In this document: piece after piece, positions 17,482 to 26,248 of the stretch
Numbering within the stretch: position 1 is the first letter of the stretch
Layout of the letters: each line of letters opens with the position of its first letter
Assembly (NCBI GenBank): GCA_016783455.1
Contig: JADHWN010000004.1
Span: 27,541-91,540 of the forward strand
Direction of reading: 5' to 3'
DNA length: 64,000 nucleotides
Source: Candidatus Bathyarchaeota archaeon
GTDB taxonomy: Archaea; Thermoproteota; Bathyarchaeia; TCS64
The notes under the pieces: generated by a model
Database searches by the model: none
Seen by the model: the letters and a program-made list of their open reading frames with translations, nothing else
What the model was told of the DNA's origin: nothing
Position numbers and translations under genes: made by a program

Positions 17482-17657
17482 CCCCCTTCATAGAATCGCT
17501 GAAATCTTGCGCCCGCAGATTGAGGGGCACGTGAATCCCGCATATCCTCCCCATGATAACTTCTGCTATATATAAAACCTCATGTGCGCGCGCGGCTATG
17601 AGTCTGTGCTGAGTGAGAATGATTATCGCACGCGCATCAAGGGATTTCATACTTCTA

Positions 17658-17681
17658 GTTTGAATCCCACCTGGGGCTCCA
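17658..17681 (+). repeat. degenerate copy of the tRNA-Thr 3' end (T-loop to CCA), copy B
   Basis: GTTTGAATCCCACCTGGGGCTCC matches 13870-13892 at 19 of 23 positions. No 5' half is present upstream. Confidence 0.8.
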
Positions 17682-17740
17682 TCCAGCTTCCATGGATTAA
17701 TAACGTATCTTAATGAGCAAGAAGGTCCTTTGAGGCGCGC

Positions 17741-17757
17741 TTAAAGATTTAAATTTT
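17741..17757 (+). promoter_or_regulatory. TATA-like box (TTAAAGATTTAAATTTT) for the AAA gene
   Basis: Lies about 30-40 nt upstream of the ATG at 17785, immediately preceded by GGCGCGC. Confidence 0.4.
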
Positions 17758-17784
17758 GGGCTCCTCTTACTAGACCGTTGTTAA

Positions 17785-19239
17785 ATGGAACTCAAAGAGT
17801 TCAAGCCAAGAGATATCAGCCTATCCGAGGACTACGTAGGATTCCCATCGATCCACGAGGAGCTACGCGACATCGTGAACTACCTCGGACACATGGTCAG
17901 GCTGACACAGGACGGGAAGGACGAATACAGGAGGATGCTGGCTGAGGCCGAGAGCGGCTCCCTGTTCCTTGGGCGGACCGGGGCGGGGAAGACCCACGCG
18001 CTCCACTGCGTCGTGAACGAGGCCACCAAGCTGGGCTACCATCCGTTGGACGGCAGCCTGATGCTAGGGAAGGCCGTGGTCGACCCCAGGGACGTCCGGG
18101 AGTTCTTCGACGCCTGCAAGCATATCGCAGAGGACAAGCCGATCCTGATAGTGTACGACGACGCCCGGCAGCTCCTCGGCTCCAGGGACGGGGGAATGTA
18201 TGGGATGCGCTACGAAGACAACAGCCGTGAGGCTAGGCCGATGCTGGGGGAGTTCAGGAGGCAGATAGACGGGCTACAGTCCTTCGACCACCCGGCGTAC
18301 ATAATCGTGACCTCCGCCACATCAGTCAGGCGCATCGACAGGCAGATAGCGAGGAGGTTCTCCAGGCACATTTCGTTCCCCAGGCCCGAGGACGAGAGCA
18401 GGAGGGCTCTATTCGACTACTACTTACGCAGATTCGGCTACGATTCGAGTGACCTTGATATCGTGACCCTGTCATACCTGATGGATGGAGTGGTCGCCGG
18501 AAGGATCGAGGAGATAGTTTCCAAGGCGAGCTACAAGGCGGACCTAGAGGGGGAGCTGACGAACAAGCAGCTCGTGAGGGAGATAATACGGTTCCTCCAG
18601 GGTCCCCCCGCCGACATCCACCACACCGAGGAGGGGAAGGTCCATACGGGATACCACGAGTTCGGAGGCCACACGCTGCCCGCCTACGCGGTGGGGCTGG
18701 AGCCCATCCTCGTCACCATCGAGCCCTCGGCCGACGGCACATTCGGGAAGAGCTTCCACAGGCACTCGGATACCATACCCCCTTCATCCGCCAAGTACTA
18801 CTTCGCCGACATCATCACCAGCATGGGGAGCACCGCCGTCTACACGGAGCTGGAGAAGAGCAAGGAGGAGGGGAGGATGAGCGACCTCACCCGGGCGACG
18901 AGGACCGCCCTCAACCTCTACGCCCTGAAGAACCCCATGGTCCAGATGAACGTGGGAAGGGAGGACACCTACCTCTCCCTGGGCCTGTTCAGCGAGGAGA
19001 ACCGGGTTGAGATAGAGGCGGAGATAGACAAGATCAAGAACGCGGCACTGAAGATAGCGCAGGAGATCGTCAGACACTACGAGGACGAGATATCGACGTT
19101 CACCAATGATCACCTCATAAAAAACGAGATCATGGTGAGAAGCGAGATAATAGACGTAATGAAGGAGATGGGCGTAAAACCGGGCAAGTACTATGAGCAG
19201 ATGTGTAAATCTCTCGGGGAGCTCGGCTATCCTGTGTGA
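17785..19239 (+). CDS. soluble FtsH-like protein: classic-clade AAA+ domain plus M41-like domain with a disrupted zinc motif
   Basis: 484 aa. Walker A GRTGAGKT, Walker B ILIVYDDA, RRFSRHISFPRPEDESRR. The M41-like part reads YHEFGGHT..EPILVTIEP..GRMSDLTRAT. There is no transmembrane segment. Confidence 0.7.
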   Translation: MELKEFKPRDISLSEDYVGFPSIHEELRDIVNYLGHMVRLTQDGKDEYRRMLAEAESGSLFLGRTGAGKTHALHCVVNEATKLGYHPLDGSLMLGKAVVDPRDVREFFDACKHIAEDKPILIVYDDARQLLGSRDGGMYGMRYEDNSREARPMLGEFRRQIDGLQSFDHPAYIIVTSATSVRRIDRQIARRFSRHISFPRPEDESRRALFDYYLRRFGYDSSDLDIVTLSYLMDGVVAGRIEEIVSKASYKADLEGELTNKQLVREIIRFLQGPPADIHHTEEGKVHTGYHEFGGHTLPAYAVGLEPILVTIEPSADGTFGKSFHRHSDTIPPSSAKYYFADIITSMGSTAVYTELEKSKEEGRMSDLTRATRTALNLYALKNPMVQMNVGREDTYLSLGLFSEENRVEIEAEIDKIKNAALKIAQEIVRHYEDEISTFTNDHLIKNEIMVRSEIIDVMKEMGVKPGKYYEQMCKSLGELGYPV

Positions 19240-19329
19240 CAAAGATTTCTAGTGAACGTGCTTTTTTCACATATCTCTCCATTTTTCTTACGACCAAAGA
19301 TGGGAAGGGATCCCTGAGGTCCCAACCTG

Positions 19330-21540
19330 TCAGGTGCAATCGATGAAGATGGGACTGCTCCACGCCATGGCCCCGTCCGCCTGAACGATCCTGACCCAGT
19401 AGGCGTTCAACCCCTTGGCCGCGGACTGATCCTTGAAGCTGAACTCCAATGTATCAGGCGTCTCATCCTTGACCGTGGAGACCTTCACCCTCTGGTTCAA
19501 CTCCCCGGCCTCGACGACCTTAGGCTCGTACCCGATCTCTGCTGGTCTGAAGGTGAATGTGACGGGCTCCGTCTCGAAGGTTACCTCGGTGGCCTCATCG
19601 TATTCCAGCTTCAAGAGCACTCCGTCGGGGTCCCCTCCCGTGCTGGAAGTCCAATTGAGCTCCTGATCCGAGACCTTCTCCACGCCCTGGTATGAGTAGT
19701 CGAACGCGAACTCCCTGTAATCGACGATGCTCCCGTCCTTGACTGTCAGACCTCCATTCCAGGTCACCACCTTGGGCCTGCTCCGGACGCGGGCGCCGCT
19801 CCACTCCACCTTGAAGAGCTTCTCCGACTCGTCCGCCGGCTCAGCGAAAGTGTGCCTGTGGATGGTCTTCTCCCAGTTCTTCACCTCGACCTCGTGGAGA
19901 GCAGACGTACCCGCTATCTTCACATTGATCTCAGGAGCCTTACTCGTTGAGTACTCCTCCCCCATGAGGTGCCCATCGGACTCCACGTGCACGATTATCC
20001 GCTCCCCCGATGTGCCGTACGCCCTCCTGGCCCAGAACGCCTCCCACAGCGCCTCCCGGGTCAAGTCTTTTGCGTAGACCCCGGTGTAACCTCCCCTCGT
20101 GGTCATCCCCCCGGAGGGGTATGTGAGCCCCGGCCTGCTTGAGTGGTCGTCGCTGGCGGCGATGAACCCCACCTTCATGCGGCGTCTCATGGCCTCCTCC
20201 AGGAACCACTCGAAGGTCCCGTGGTTGCTGTGGACCTCGATGAGGGGGATGTGCTCCGGGTCGTAGAAGTCGAAGTTGGCGTGTCGCCCCCCGACGTGGG
20301 GTACCGCCAGGACGTCCCTCCTCCCCTTGAAGGTCTCCCACAGCTCGGAGATGGGGTACCTGTCGGTCTCCGGGTCCACCTTGTCCTCGATGAGCCACTG
20401 GTCGCTCCTGTGGATGGGCTCGTCGTCCCCCAGGTAGTAGATGTTGTGGTCGCCCCCGCCCGGGGTGAGCCCCGACCACTCGTATCCGAGGAAGGTGACG
20501 AAGCGCCCGGGTTCATGGTATTTCTTAATCTGGTCCTTGATGTGCTCCCAGAGCTCCACCGTCACCTGGAAGTCGTTCCCCTGCCAACCGCTGAAGTCCA
20601 GCGCCGCCACGTCCCTGACGAACGAGAGGTACTCGGGCACGGAGCCCGTGCCCACCGTCTCCTTGGTCTGACCGTGCATGTCCCCCCAGTACAGCATCAG
20701 CCCGGGCTCCTCCAGCACACGTATCGGGTTGGAGACCGCGTGTAGTCCGCTGTCGTCTTTTACTGCGATGCGTTGGAGACCGGGCTTGCTCAGCGTGACA
20801 TCGGTGAACAGGTGTGCCCCCACGTCCTCCTCCTTGAAGCCGTAGGTCTCCGGAAGCTTCGCGCCAGGGTCTTCGGAATCGAATGAGACTTTCCCTCTGT
20901 AGGGGTCTGAACGGTTGTGGCCTGCATCGAGGGCCCTCACGGTGATGCTGAAGGACGAACCCGCGGTGACCTGAGACGGACCGACGACCTGGACCTCCTT
21001 CGCTTCATCTCCAATTATGGTGATGTAGGGGGAGTCGTGGATCGGCTTGAATAAGCCGGTTCCGAAGGGGTCCACGAAGACCTTGAACAGATGCTCCGCC
21101 TCACGGGTCGCCTTCAGACGGATGCCGGGGCTGCCCTGACTCGTATCGCCGAAGGTGACCACCACCTGGTCCCCCTCGTAGAGTGAGCCGTCCCTGACAT
21201 CCACCTGGAAGGCCCCCCAGAACGGTCGGATGTGCCCAGCCCGCACCGAGCCCACTGGCGACCCGAAGAGGCCATCCTGTCTGCTCGTTATTCGGCTTAC
21301 GGGTATAGAGTCCGCTATGAACCTGACCTTGCGTTCACTCGAGATCGTCGTGTATCCGGGCGCCTTCGGGTCGTTGACCTGAGGCCTCATGCCGCCCCGC
21401 CTGGCGATCCGGATGCTCCCTCCGTCGTCGATGCCGTACTTCCCCACGGTGTAGACGACTTTGAACGTCCCATAGCTGTTGACGACGAAGGAGCCAGAAG
21501 GCCCTTCCGCTGAGCCCAGCCACTCGTTATCAGTACGCAT
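19330..21540 (-). CDS. large His-rich metal-dependent-hydrolase-like protein with N-terminal beta-rich domains, function unknown
   Basis: 736 aa with motifs YWGDMHGQT, GGDHNIYY, VGGRHANFD, VHSNHGTFEW and SDDHSSRPG, a PHP/DUF3604-like flavour. The family assignment is uncertain. Confidence 0.55.
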   Translation of the reverse strand: MRTDNEWLGSAEGPSGSFVVNSYGTFKVVYTVGKYGIDDGGSIRIARRGGMRPQVNDPKAPGYTTISSERKVRFIADSIPVSRITSRQDGLFGSPVGSVRAGHIRPFWGAFQVDVRDGSLYEGDQVVVTFGDTSQGSPGIRLKATREAEHLFKVFVDPFGTGLFKPIHDSPYITIIGDEAKEVQVVGPSQVTAGSSFSITVRALDAGHNRSDPYRGKVSFDSEDPGAKLPETYGFKEEDVGAHLFTDVTLSKPGLQRIAVKDDSGLHAVSNPIRVLEEPGLMLYWGDMHGQTKETVGTGSVPEYLSFVRDVAALDFSGWQGNDFQVTVELWEHIKDQIKKYHEPGRFVTFLGYEWSGLTPGGGDHNIYYLGDDEPIHRSDQWLIEDKVDPETDRYPISELWETFKGRRDVLAVPHVGGRHANFDFYDPEHIPLIEVHSNHGTFEWFLEEAMRRRMKVGFIAASDDHSSRPGLTYPSGGMTTRGGYTGVYAKDLTREALWEAFWARRAYGTSGERIIVHVESDGHLMGEEYSTSKAPEINVKIAGTSALHEVEVKNWEKTIHRHTFAEPADESEKLFKVEWSGARVRSRPKVVTWNGGLTVKDGSIVDYREFAFDYSYQGVEKVSDQELNWTSSTGGDPDGVLLKLEYDEATEVTFETEPVTFTFRPAEIGYEPKVVEAGELNQRVKVSTVKDETPDTLEFSFKDQSAAKGLNAYWVRIVQADGAMAWSSPIFIDCT

Positions 21541-21738
21541 ACACTTGAATCACCACTAGTTATAATATCATTATCCTCGCAGGAACCTTGGGGTCTGCCT
21601 CCCCTCGCTAGGGTTTATTAGTGGACTCTGTGCTCAGGGAATGGGTAAACGTCTTGCGCGCGTCCTCTAATCTCCTATCCTACTTCCCATTGATGACCGT
21701 TAGAGGGACGGTATCGTAATTCCTTGGAGATGATCTCG

Positions 21739-21996
21739 ATGAGCGGGAAGGGGAGAGGGCGATATCGGGGGAGGAAGCGCGCTTACAGGGTGAACTTCGC
21801 CCGCAAGAAATGCCACGAGTGCAGGAAATATTCGAGGAAGACAACCTACTGCGCTAAGTGGCTGCAGGTCCTCGATCACAACAGGAGGTCATGCATTTTC
21901 TTCCGTCCGAGGAGGAAGGTCCGTGGCTATGTACAGGCGACTGAACGAGTCCGTGGAGGACAACGGACACCTAAGGGCCCCGGTGGAAGACGTTAA
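21739..21996 (+). CDS. possible small, very basic Cys4 protein
   Basis: MSGKGRGRYRGRKRAYRVNFARKKCHECRKYS..YCAKW..RRSC. This is the only ORF in a 530-nt spacer and has no recognisable family. Confidence 0.3.
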   Translation: MSGKGRGRYRGRKRAYRVNFARKKCHECRKYSRKTTYCAKWLQVLDHNRRSCIFFRPRRKVRGYVQATERVRGGQRTPKGPGGRR

Positions 21997-22073
21997 TGCG
22001 TCCTCAACGATGATTTCTGCTTAAGCCAGGAAAATGTTTTACGAGTCAAGCCTCCTCTAGACTAGGGAACATC

Positions 22074-23075
22074 ATGATCGAGTTGAGTAAGGCCCAGGAA
22101 GAGAGGGCCATGAGGCTCCACAGGGAAGCCATAGTCATAGACACCCACTGCGACAGCATAGGGGGATACCTCGGCAGGGGATGGAGGCAGCCCCCCCGAG
22201 ACTTCTTCCAGAGGGGGGAGACGGGGCAGATCGACCTACCCCGCCTCGTCGAGGGAGGCGTCACCTGCCAGGTCTTCGCCATGTGCATCTCGTCGGCCCC
22301 CATCGTGCCCGACGCGACCCTCAGGGCCCTCAAGATAGTCGACAAGTTCTACGAGCTCGCCGAGAACCCGGGGTTCAAGGCGGTTACCACCCCGGGGGAG
22401 ATAGTCGCCGCCAAGAAGGCAGGGGAGACCTGCGGGCTCCTCAGCTTCGAGGGCGCGGAGGCCCTCATGGGCGACATAGCCCTCCTCAGGGTCTTCTACA
22501 GGCTGGGGGTGAGGATGCTCAGCTTCTGCTGGAACTACCGTACACCCTTCGCCGACGGCCTCGGCGCCAGGAGGGCTGAGAGCAAGCTCACGGAGCTGGG
22601 GGTCGCCGCCCTCGAGGAGATGGACCGACTGGGCATCGTCTTCGACGTAAGCCACCTGGCGGACAGCGTCTTCTGGGATGTCTGCGACGTCATGGACGGC
22701 CCCTTCATCGCCAGCCACAGCAACTGCAGGGACCTCTGCGACGTAGCCAGGAACCTCACCGACGACATGATCAAGGCGCTGGCCGACCACGGCGGCGTCA
22801 TGGGCATGAACTACCTGGGAAGCTTCGTCGCCGAGGAGGACCCCAACATCGAGAGGATGGTGGACCACATAGACCACATCGTCGACCTCGTCGGCCCCGA
22901 CCACGTGGGGCTGGGCTCCGACTTCGACGGCGGCGGGAGGCTCCCCGAGCTGGACGACACCTCCATGGTCCCCAACATGACCCGGGAGCTCGTGAAGCGC
23001 GACTACAGCGACGAGGACATACTAAAGATCCTGGGCGGAAACCACCTGCGGGTCTTCGAGGCCGTCCTGAAATAG
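22074..23075 (+). CDS. membrane-dipeptidase family (peptidase M19)
   Basis: 333 aa with the typical M19 motifs IVIDTHCDS, FDVSHLAD and GLGSDFDGG. Confidence 0.85.
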   Translation: MIELSKAQEERAMRLHREAIVIDTHCDSIGGYLGRGWRQPPRDFFQRGETGQIDLPRLVEGGVTCQVFAMCISSAPIVPDATLRALKIVDKFYELAENPGFKAVTTPGEIVAAKKAGETCGLLSFEGAEALMGDIALLRVFYRLGVRMLSFCWNYRTPFADGLGARRAESKLTELGVAALEEMDRLGIVFDVSHLADSVFWDVCDVMDGPFIASHSNCRDLCDVARNLTDDMIKALADHGGVMGMNYLGSFVAEEDPNIERMVDHIDHIVDLVGPDHVGLGSDFDGGGRLPELDDTSMVPNMTRELVKRDYSDEDILKILGGNHLRVFEAVLK

Positions 23076-23247
23076 GACCCCTTTCCTCCCTTTATATCTC
23101 GGAAAAACTAGGATGGTGCATCTGCACCGATCTCCGCGAACAGCCTTGAGACCTCAGCCTCGACGCTTGAGTTCACTCTCTTAACATACGAACCGTACTC
23201 GTCCAGGGCGACGCGGAGAAAAGAATCTCTTAAAACCAGCTCGTCTT

Positions 23248-23568
23248 CTACTCGAAGAGCTCTCTCCTCAGGCTGGCATTCCTGACCTGCAGCTTGTCTA
23301 TCTTCGCGTCGAACTCGGTCTGCCTCTCCCTGTACAGCGTGACGGTCTCCTTCATCTTCGGCGACCTGTACTTTATATTCACCATCTTCGACGGGTCGTC
23401 AAGTGACTGCACCGACACCGTCGTGGACCCGAACACCCTGTCCTCGAGCCTGCTGAGGTTCCGCTTCACGTTCAGGTACGTCGGGTTCGTCCTCTCCGTC
23501 CTGATCTGGTCCTCGATGCTGAGAATCTCTTCTAGAACTGCCTTACGGTCGATTAAAGTGCTCCCCAT
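23248..23568 (-). CDS. hypothetical coiled-coil protein
   Basis: 106-aa ORF with heptad-like charged sequence and no recognisable family. Confidence 0.45.
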   Translation of the reverse strand: MGSTLIDRKAVLEEILSIEDQIRTERTNPTYLNVKRNLSRLEDRVFGSTTVSVQSLDDPSKMVNIKYRSPKMKETVTLYRERQTEFDAKIDKLQVRNASLRRELFE

Positions 23569-23633
23569 ACTATATGGGGGTCCGTCCCTTATAACCTAGG
23601 GGGAAGAGCCTCCTCTACTGCGCTATTCGTTGG

Positions 23634-24947
23634 TTAGATGAGATAGAAACTCGTCTGTCTACCGTCGATGAGCCTGCAGCCCTCCTCCGTGAAGACGACG
23701 TCCTCCTCAAGGGCGAACCTGAGCCTCTGGCCGCCCCACTCCGGCACCGGCCCCTCCACCGAAAGCTCCGCCGTGAACGCGTAGTTGTACTCCAGAACCA
23801 CGTCCCCCCGCCCCTCGTTGCGCTCCTGCTCCCATGGTAGCCCGATGAGGGGCCCCGGCTCGTGGAGCAGGTGGCCCAGGCTGTGGGAGTAGACCCTGGG
23901 CGTGGGGATCCCATCCTTTCTGGCGCGGGTAAGCATGTTGCTGAGGAGCTGATCCCCCGTCAGCCCCCTATTGAACTCCGCCATGTAGACGTCCTGGAGC
24001 CTGTTAGCCTCCGCCATCAGTCCCCTCACCCCCTCCGGGGCGTCGGTCTCCCCCGTCCTCAGGACGTACCCCCATTCCTGGTGATCCGTGATGAGCCTCA
24101 GGTACCTTATCCCCACGTCGCAGCGGATTAAGTCCCCAGGCCGGATCACGTCGTCGTCCTCCCCATACATCCTCACAGCCTCCTCGCTGCGCACTAACAA
24201 GAAAACAGGGTTGAACGCGACTGACAGCCCCAGATCAGCACATCGCTGCCAGTAATGCCACCTGAGGTCCTCGATGGTCGTGACGCCTGGGGTGATCGCC
24301 GTACGGCTGTAGCACTCGGCGATGAGGGCGTGGGCCACCTTCACGATGTCATCGTACTGTGAGATCTCCACGTCGGTGAGAGTCGCCAGCCATCTGGTGG
24401 CGCACGGCTCAGCGGACTCCAGCCGGTCGACGTACCTCTGGGGGAGAGCGTCCACGAGCTGCATGTACAGGTTGTGCGTCAGGCCGCCCGCGGCCCACTG
24501 GATGGAGCCCGTGTTGATCCCTATCCGCTGGGGGTCCCTCTCCTCCACGAGGGCCCTGAGCATCTCCCACTGCGCGCTGTGGTGGCTTCGCCCCGGCCAA
24601 GGCCTGTCGTACAGCTCCTTGGTGTCGGTGAATGACAGGTTGATCCTCTCAATGCCCTCCTCGGGTCCACTGTCGTAGAATATCAGGATCTGGAGTATGG
24701 GGCACCAGGTGTCCATGGGGATCATTGTCTCGTACACCGGGTCCAGATCGTCCTCCTGGCAGATTATCAGCCACATGTCCAGGCCGGACTCCCGCATCGC
24801 AGTGGGGAGCACGTTCTCAAGCCTGTCAGCCAGGACCCGGTCCAATATCTCAGCGCGCTCACGCACTGGAAGGATCTCAGGGAACCCATCGACAACCTTG
24901 CCCAACTCTCCATGCTTCAAATTAGGATACCCTCCGACAGTCCTCAT
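23634..24947 (-). CDS. M24 family metallopeptidase (Xaa-Pro/creatinase-like)
   Basis: 437 aa with a pita-bread-fold pattern: IRPGDLIRCDVGIRY, ITDHQEW and YSHSLGHLLHEPGP. Confidence 0.8.
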   Translation of the reverse strand: MRTVGGYPNLKHGELGKVVDGFPEILPVRERAEILDRVLADRLENVLPTAMRESGLDMWLIICQEDDLDPVYETMIPMDTWCPILQILIFYDSGPEEGIERINLSFTDTKELYDRPWPGRSHHSAQWEMLRALVEERDPQRIGINTGSIQWAAGGLTHNLYMQLVDALPQRYVDRLESAEPCATRWLATLTDVEISQYDDIVKVAHALIAECYSRTAITPGVTTIEDLRWHYWQRCADLGLSVAFNPVFLLVRSEEAVRMYGEDDDVIRPGDLIRCDVGIRYLRLITDHQEWGYVLRTGETDAPEGVRGLMAEANRLQDVYMAEFNRGLTGDQLLSNMLTRARKDGIPTPRVYSHSLGHLLHEPGPLIGLPWEQERNEGRGDVVLEYNYAFTAELSVEGPVPEWGGQRLRFALEEDVVFTEEGCRLIDGRQTSFYLI

Positions 24948-25210
24948 TCACTGACATCTTTTTTCAAATATTAGTTATTCCTCGGGTATCTAGACTGAAC
25001 CGTAGACTTCCTGGGAAGGGGGGTCTACGCCGACAGGAAGCCTCCATCCATCGCACGTGCAAAGAGTCAGCGTGTAGCTTCACCCTATCCACTAGTCTAT
25101 TCGGAGCTAGTTCTCAACAGTGATAGGGGAGTTCAGGGACTAGGGTCGAAGATCCATAATTCCTTTACACGGGTCGGAGATAACTTTCAGAGCCCGTGAG
25201 GGACTGTCCG

Positions 25211-26233
25211 ATGGCGCAGGGTCAAGGCGAACCCACTGCGAGGGTGAAGGCCTTCTTCTGGCTGATCCTCGGCTCATTCTCAGTCTTCTTCGCGGAGGTC
25301 ATATCGGGCTCCGAGATATTCCCGTTCACCAAGCTCACGGGCTGGATCCTCATCTTCCCCCTATACACCCTCCACACCATCGTCCTCTGGACCGTCGTCT
25401 TCCGATATGGCAGAGGCTGGCTCTACGCCCTGTTCCCGGCCGGAGTCCTCTTCGGACTCTACGAGGCTTACATCACCAAGGTTCTATGGTCCCCCACCTG
25501 GGGCGGGCTGCCCTTCTACGTGGGGGGCGTCGCCGTTGTGGAGACGGCGCTGCTGATGCTCTTCTGGCACTCGTTCCTGGCCTTCATAGTACCCCTGTTC
25601 CTGGCCGAGACGGTCCTGACGTCGTCGAGGGAGATGTTCAGTTTAGCCCCCGGCTGGGCCAAGAGGCTCCTCACCTCATCCAGGGCCCAGATGCTGGGCT
25701 ACGCCCTTGCTCTGTGCAGCGGACTTTTCTCGAGCCAGGGAGCTCCCACAATATTCCACGCCCTCGCCTCGGGAGTCATCAGCTCCGTCTTCCTGATGGC
25801 GCTGGTGCGCCTCTGGATGCGTAGAGGAGGGACGAGGTACTCCTTCAGGGATCTCCTCCCGGGGCCCAGGGAGTTCAGGGTCCTCATGGCTCTCCTGCTA
25901 CTGGATTACATAGCCCTCGGGGCTATACTCAGACCTGAGGCGCTACCGGGGTTCGGTGCCCAGGCCACGGTCTGGGTCTTGTACGCGTTCTTCGGGCTCC
26001 TTCTCTTCCTGGCTGTCAAGAGATCCAGGGATGTGGATATATCCAAGGAGCCCTACGATATGGAGCTCTCGACCCGTAGATGGTTGATCTTGACCGTCCT
26101 CTTCACAGCTGGGTCCGTCTTCGGGAGACTGACGGGACTGGGATTCATCGTCGCCCTGGCCTCCTGGCTGGCTGCAATAGCGTTCGGCGTCGTCATGCTC
26201 GGTCTCACGATCCGGAACGTCCTCCTCAGGTGA
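25211..26233 (+). CDS. polytopic membrane protein, function unknown
   Basis: About 9-10 hydrophobic helices. I prefer the ATG at 25211 over the GTG at 25196. Confidence 0.55.
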   Translation: MAQGQGEPTARVKAFFWLILGSFSVFFAEVISGSEIFPFTKLTGWILIFPLYTLHTIVLWTVVFRYGRGWLYALFPAGVLFGLYEAYITKVLWSPTWGGLPFYVGGVAVVETALLMLFWHSFLAFIVPLFLAETVLTSSREMFSLAPGWAKRLLTSSRAQMLGYALALCSGLFSSQGAPTIFHALASGVISSVFLMALVRLWMRRGGTRYSFRDLLPGPREFRVLMALLLLDYIALGAILRPEALPGFGAQATVWVLYAFFGLLLFLAVKRSRDVDISKEPYDMELSTRRWLILTVLFTAGSVFGRLTGLGFIVALASWLAAIAFGVVMLGLTIRNVLLR

Positions 26234-26248
26234 GGCCAGATCCACACC

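Noticed and set aside
16330-17690. Possible hidden or split tRNA genes at the two CCA-ending tRNA-Thr-like fragments.
   Set aside because: No complementary 5' acceptor strand, D arm, anticodon arm or 5' T-stem strand can be found upstream of either fragment. They are 3' fragments only.
23076-23250. A protein-like 46-codon reading (..DELVLRDSFLRVALDEYGSYVKRVNSSVEAEVSRLFAEIGADAPS*) in the -1 frame, running on from the end of the 106-aa ORF. This might indicate a frameshifted longer gene.
   Set aside because: There is no start codon, no slippery sequence and no recognisable family, and codon bias is unremarkable. Support is insufficient without comparative data.
25002-25028. An imperfect hairpin, GTAGACTTCC-TG-GGAAGGGGGGTCTAC, in the spacer between the M24 gene and the membrane-protein gene.
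   Set aside because: It is a single isolated structure that is not repeated elsewhere and is not adjacent to a gene end where it would act as a terminator. It is probably incidental.
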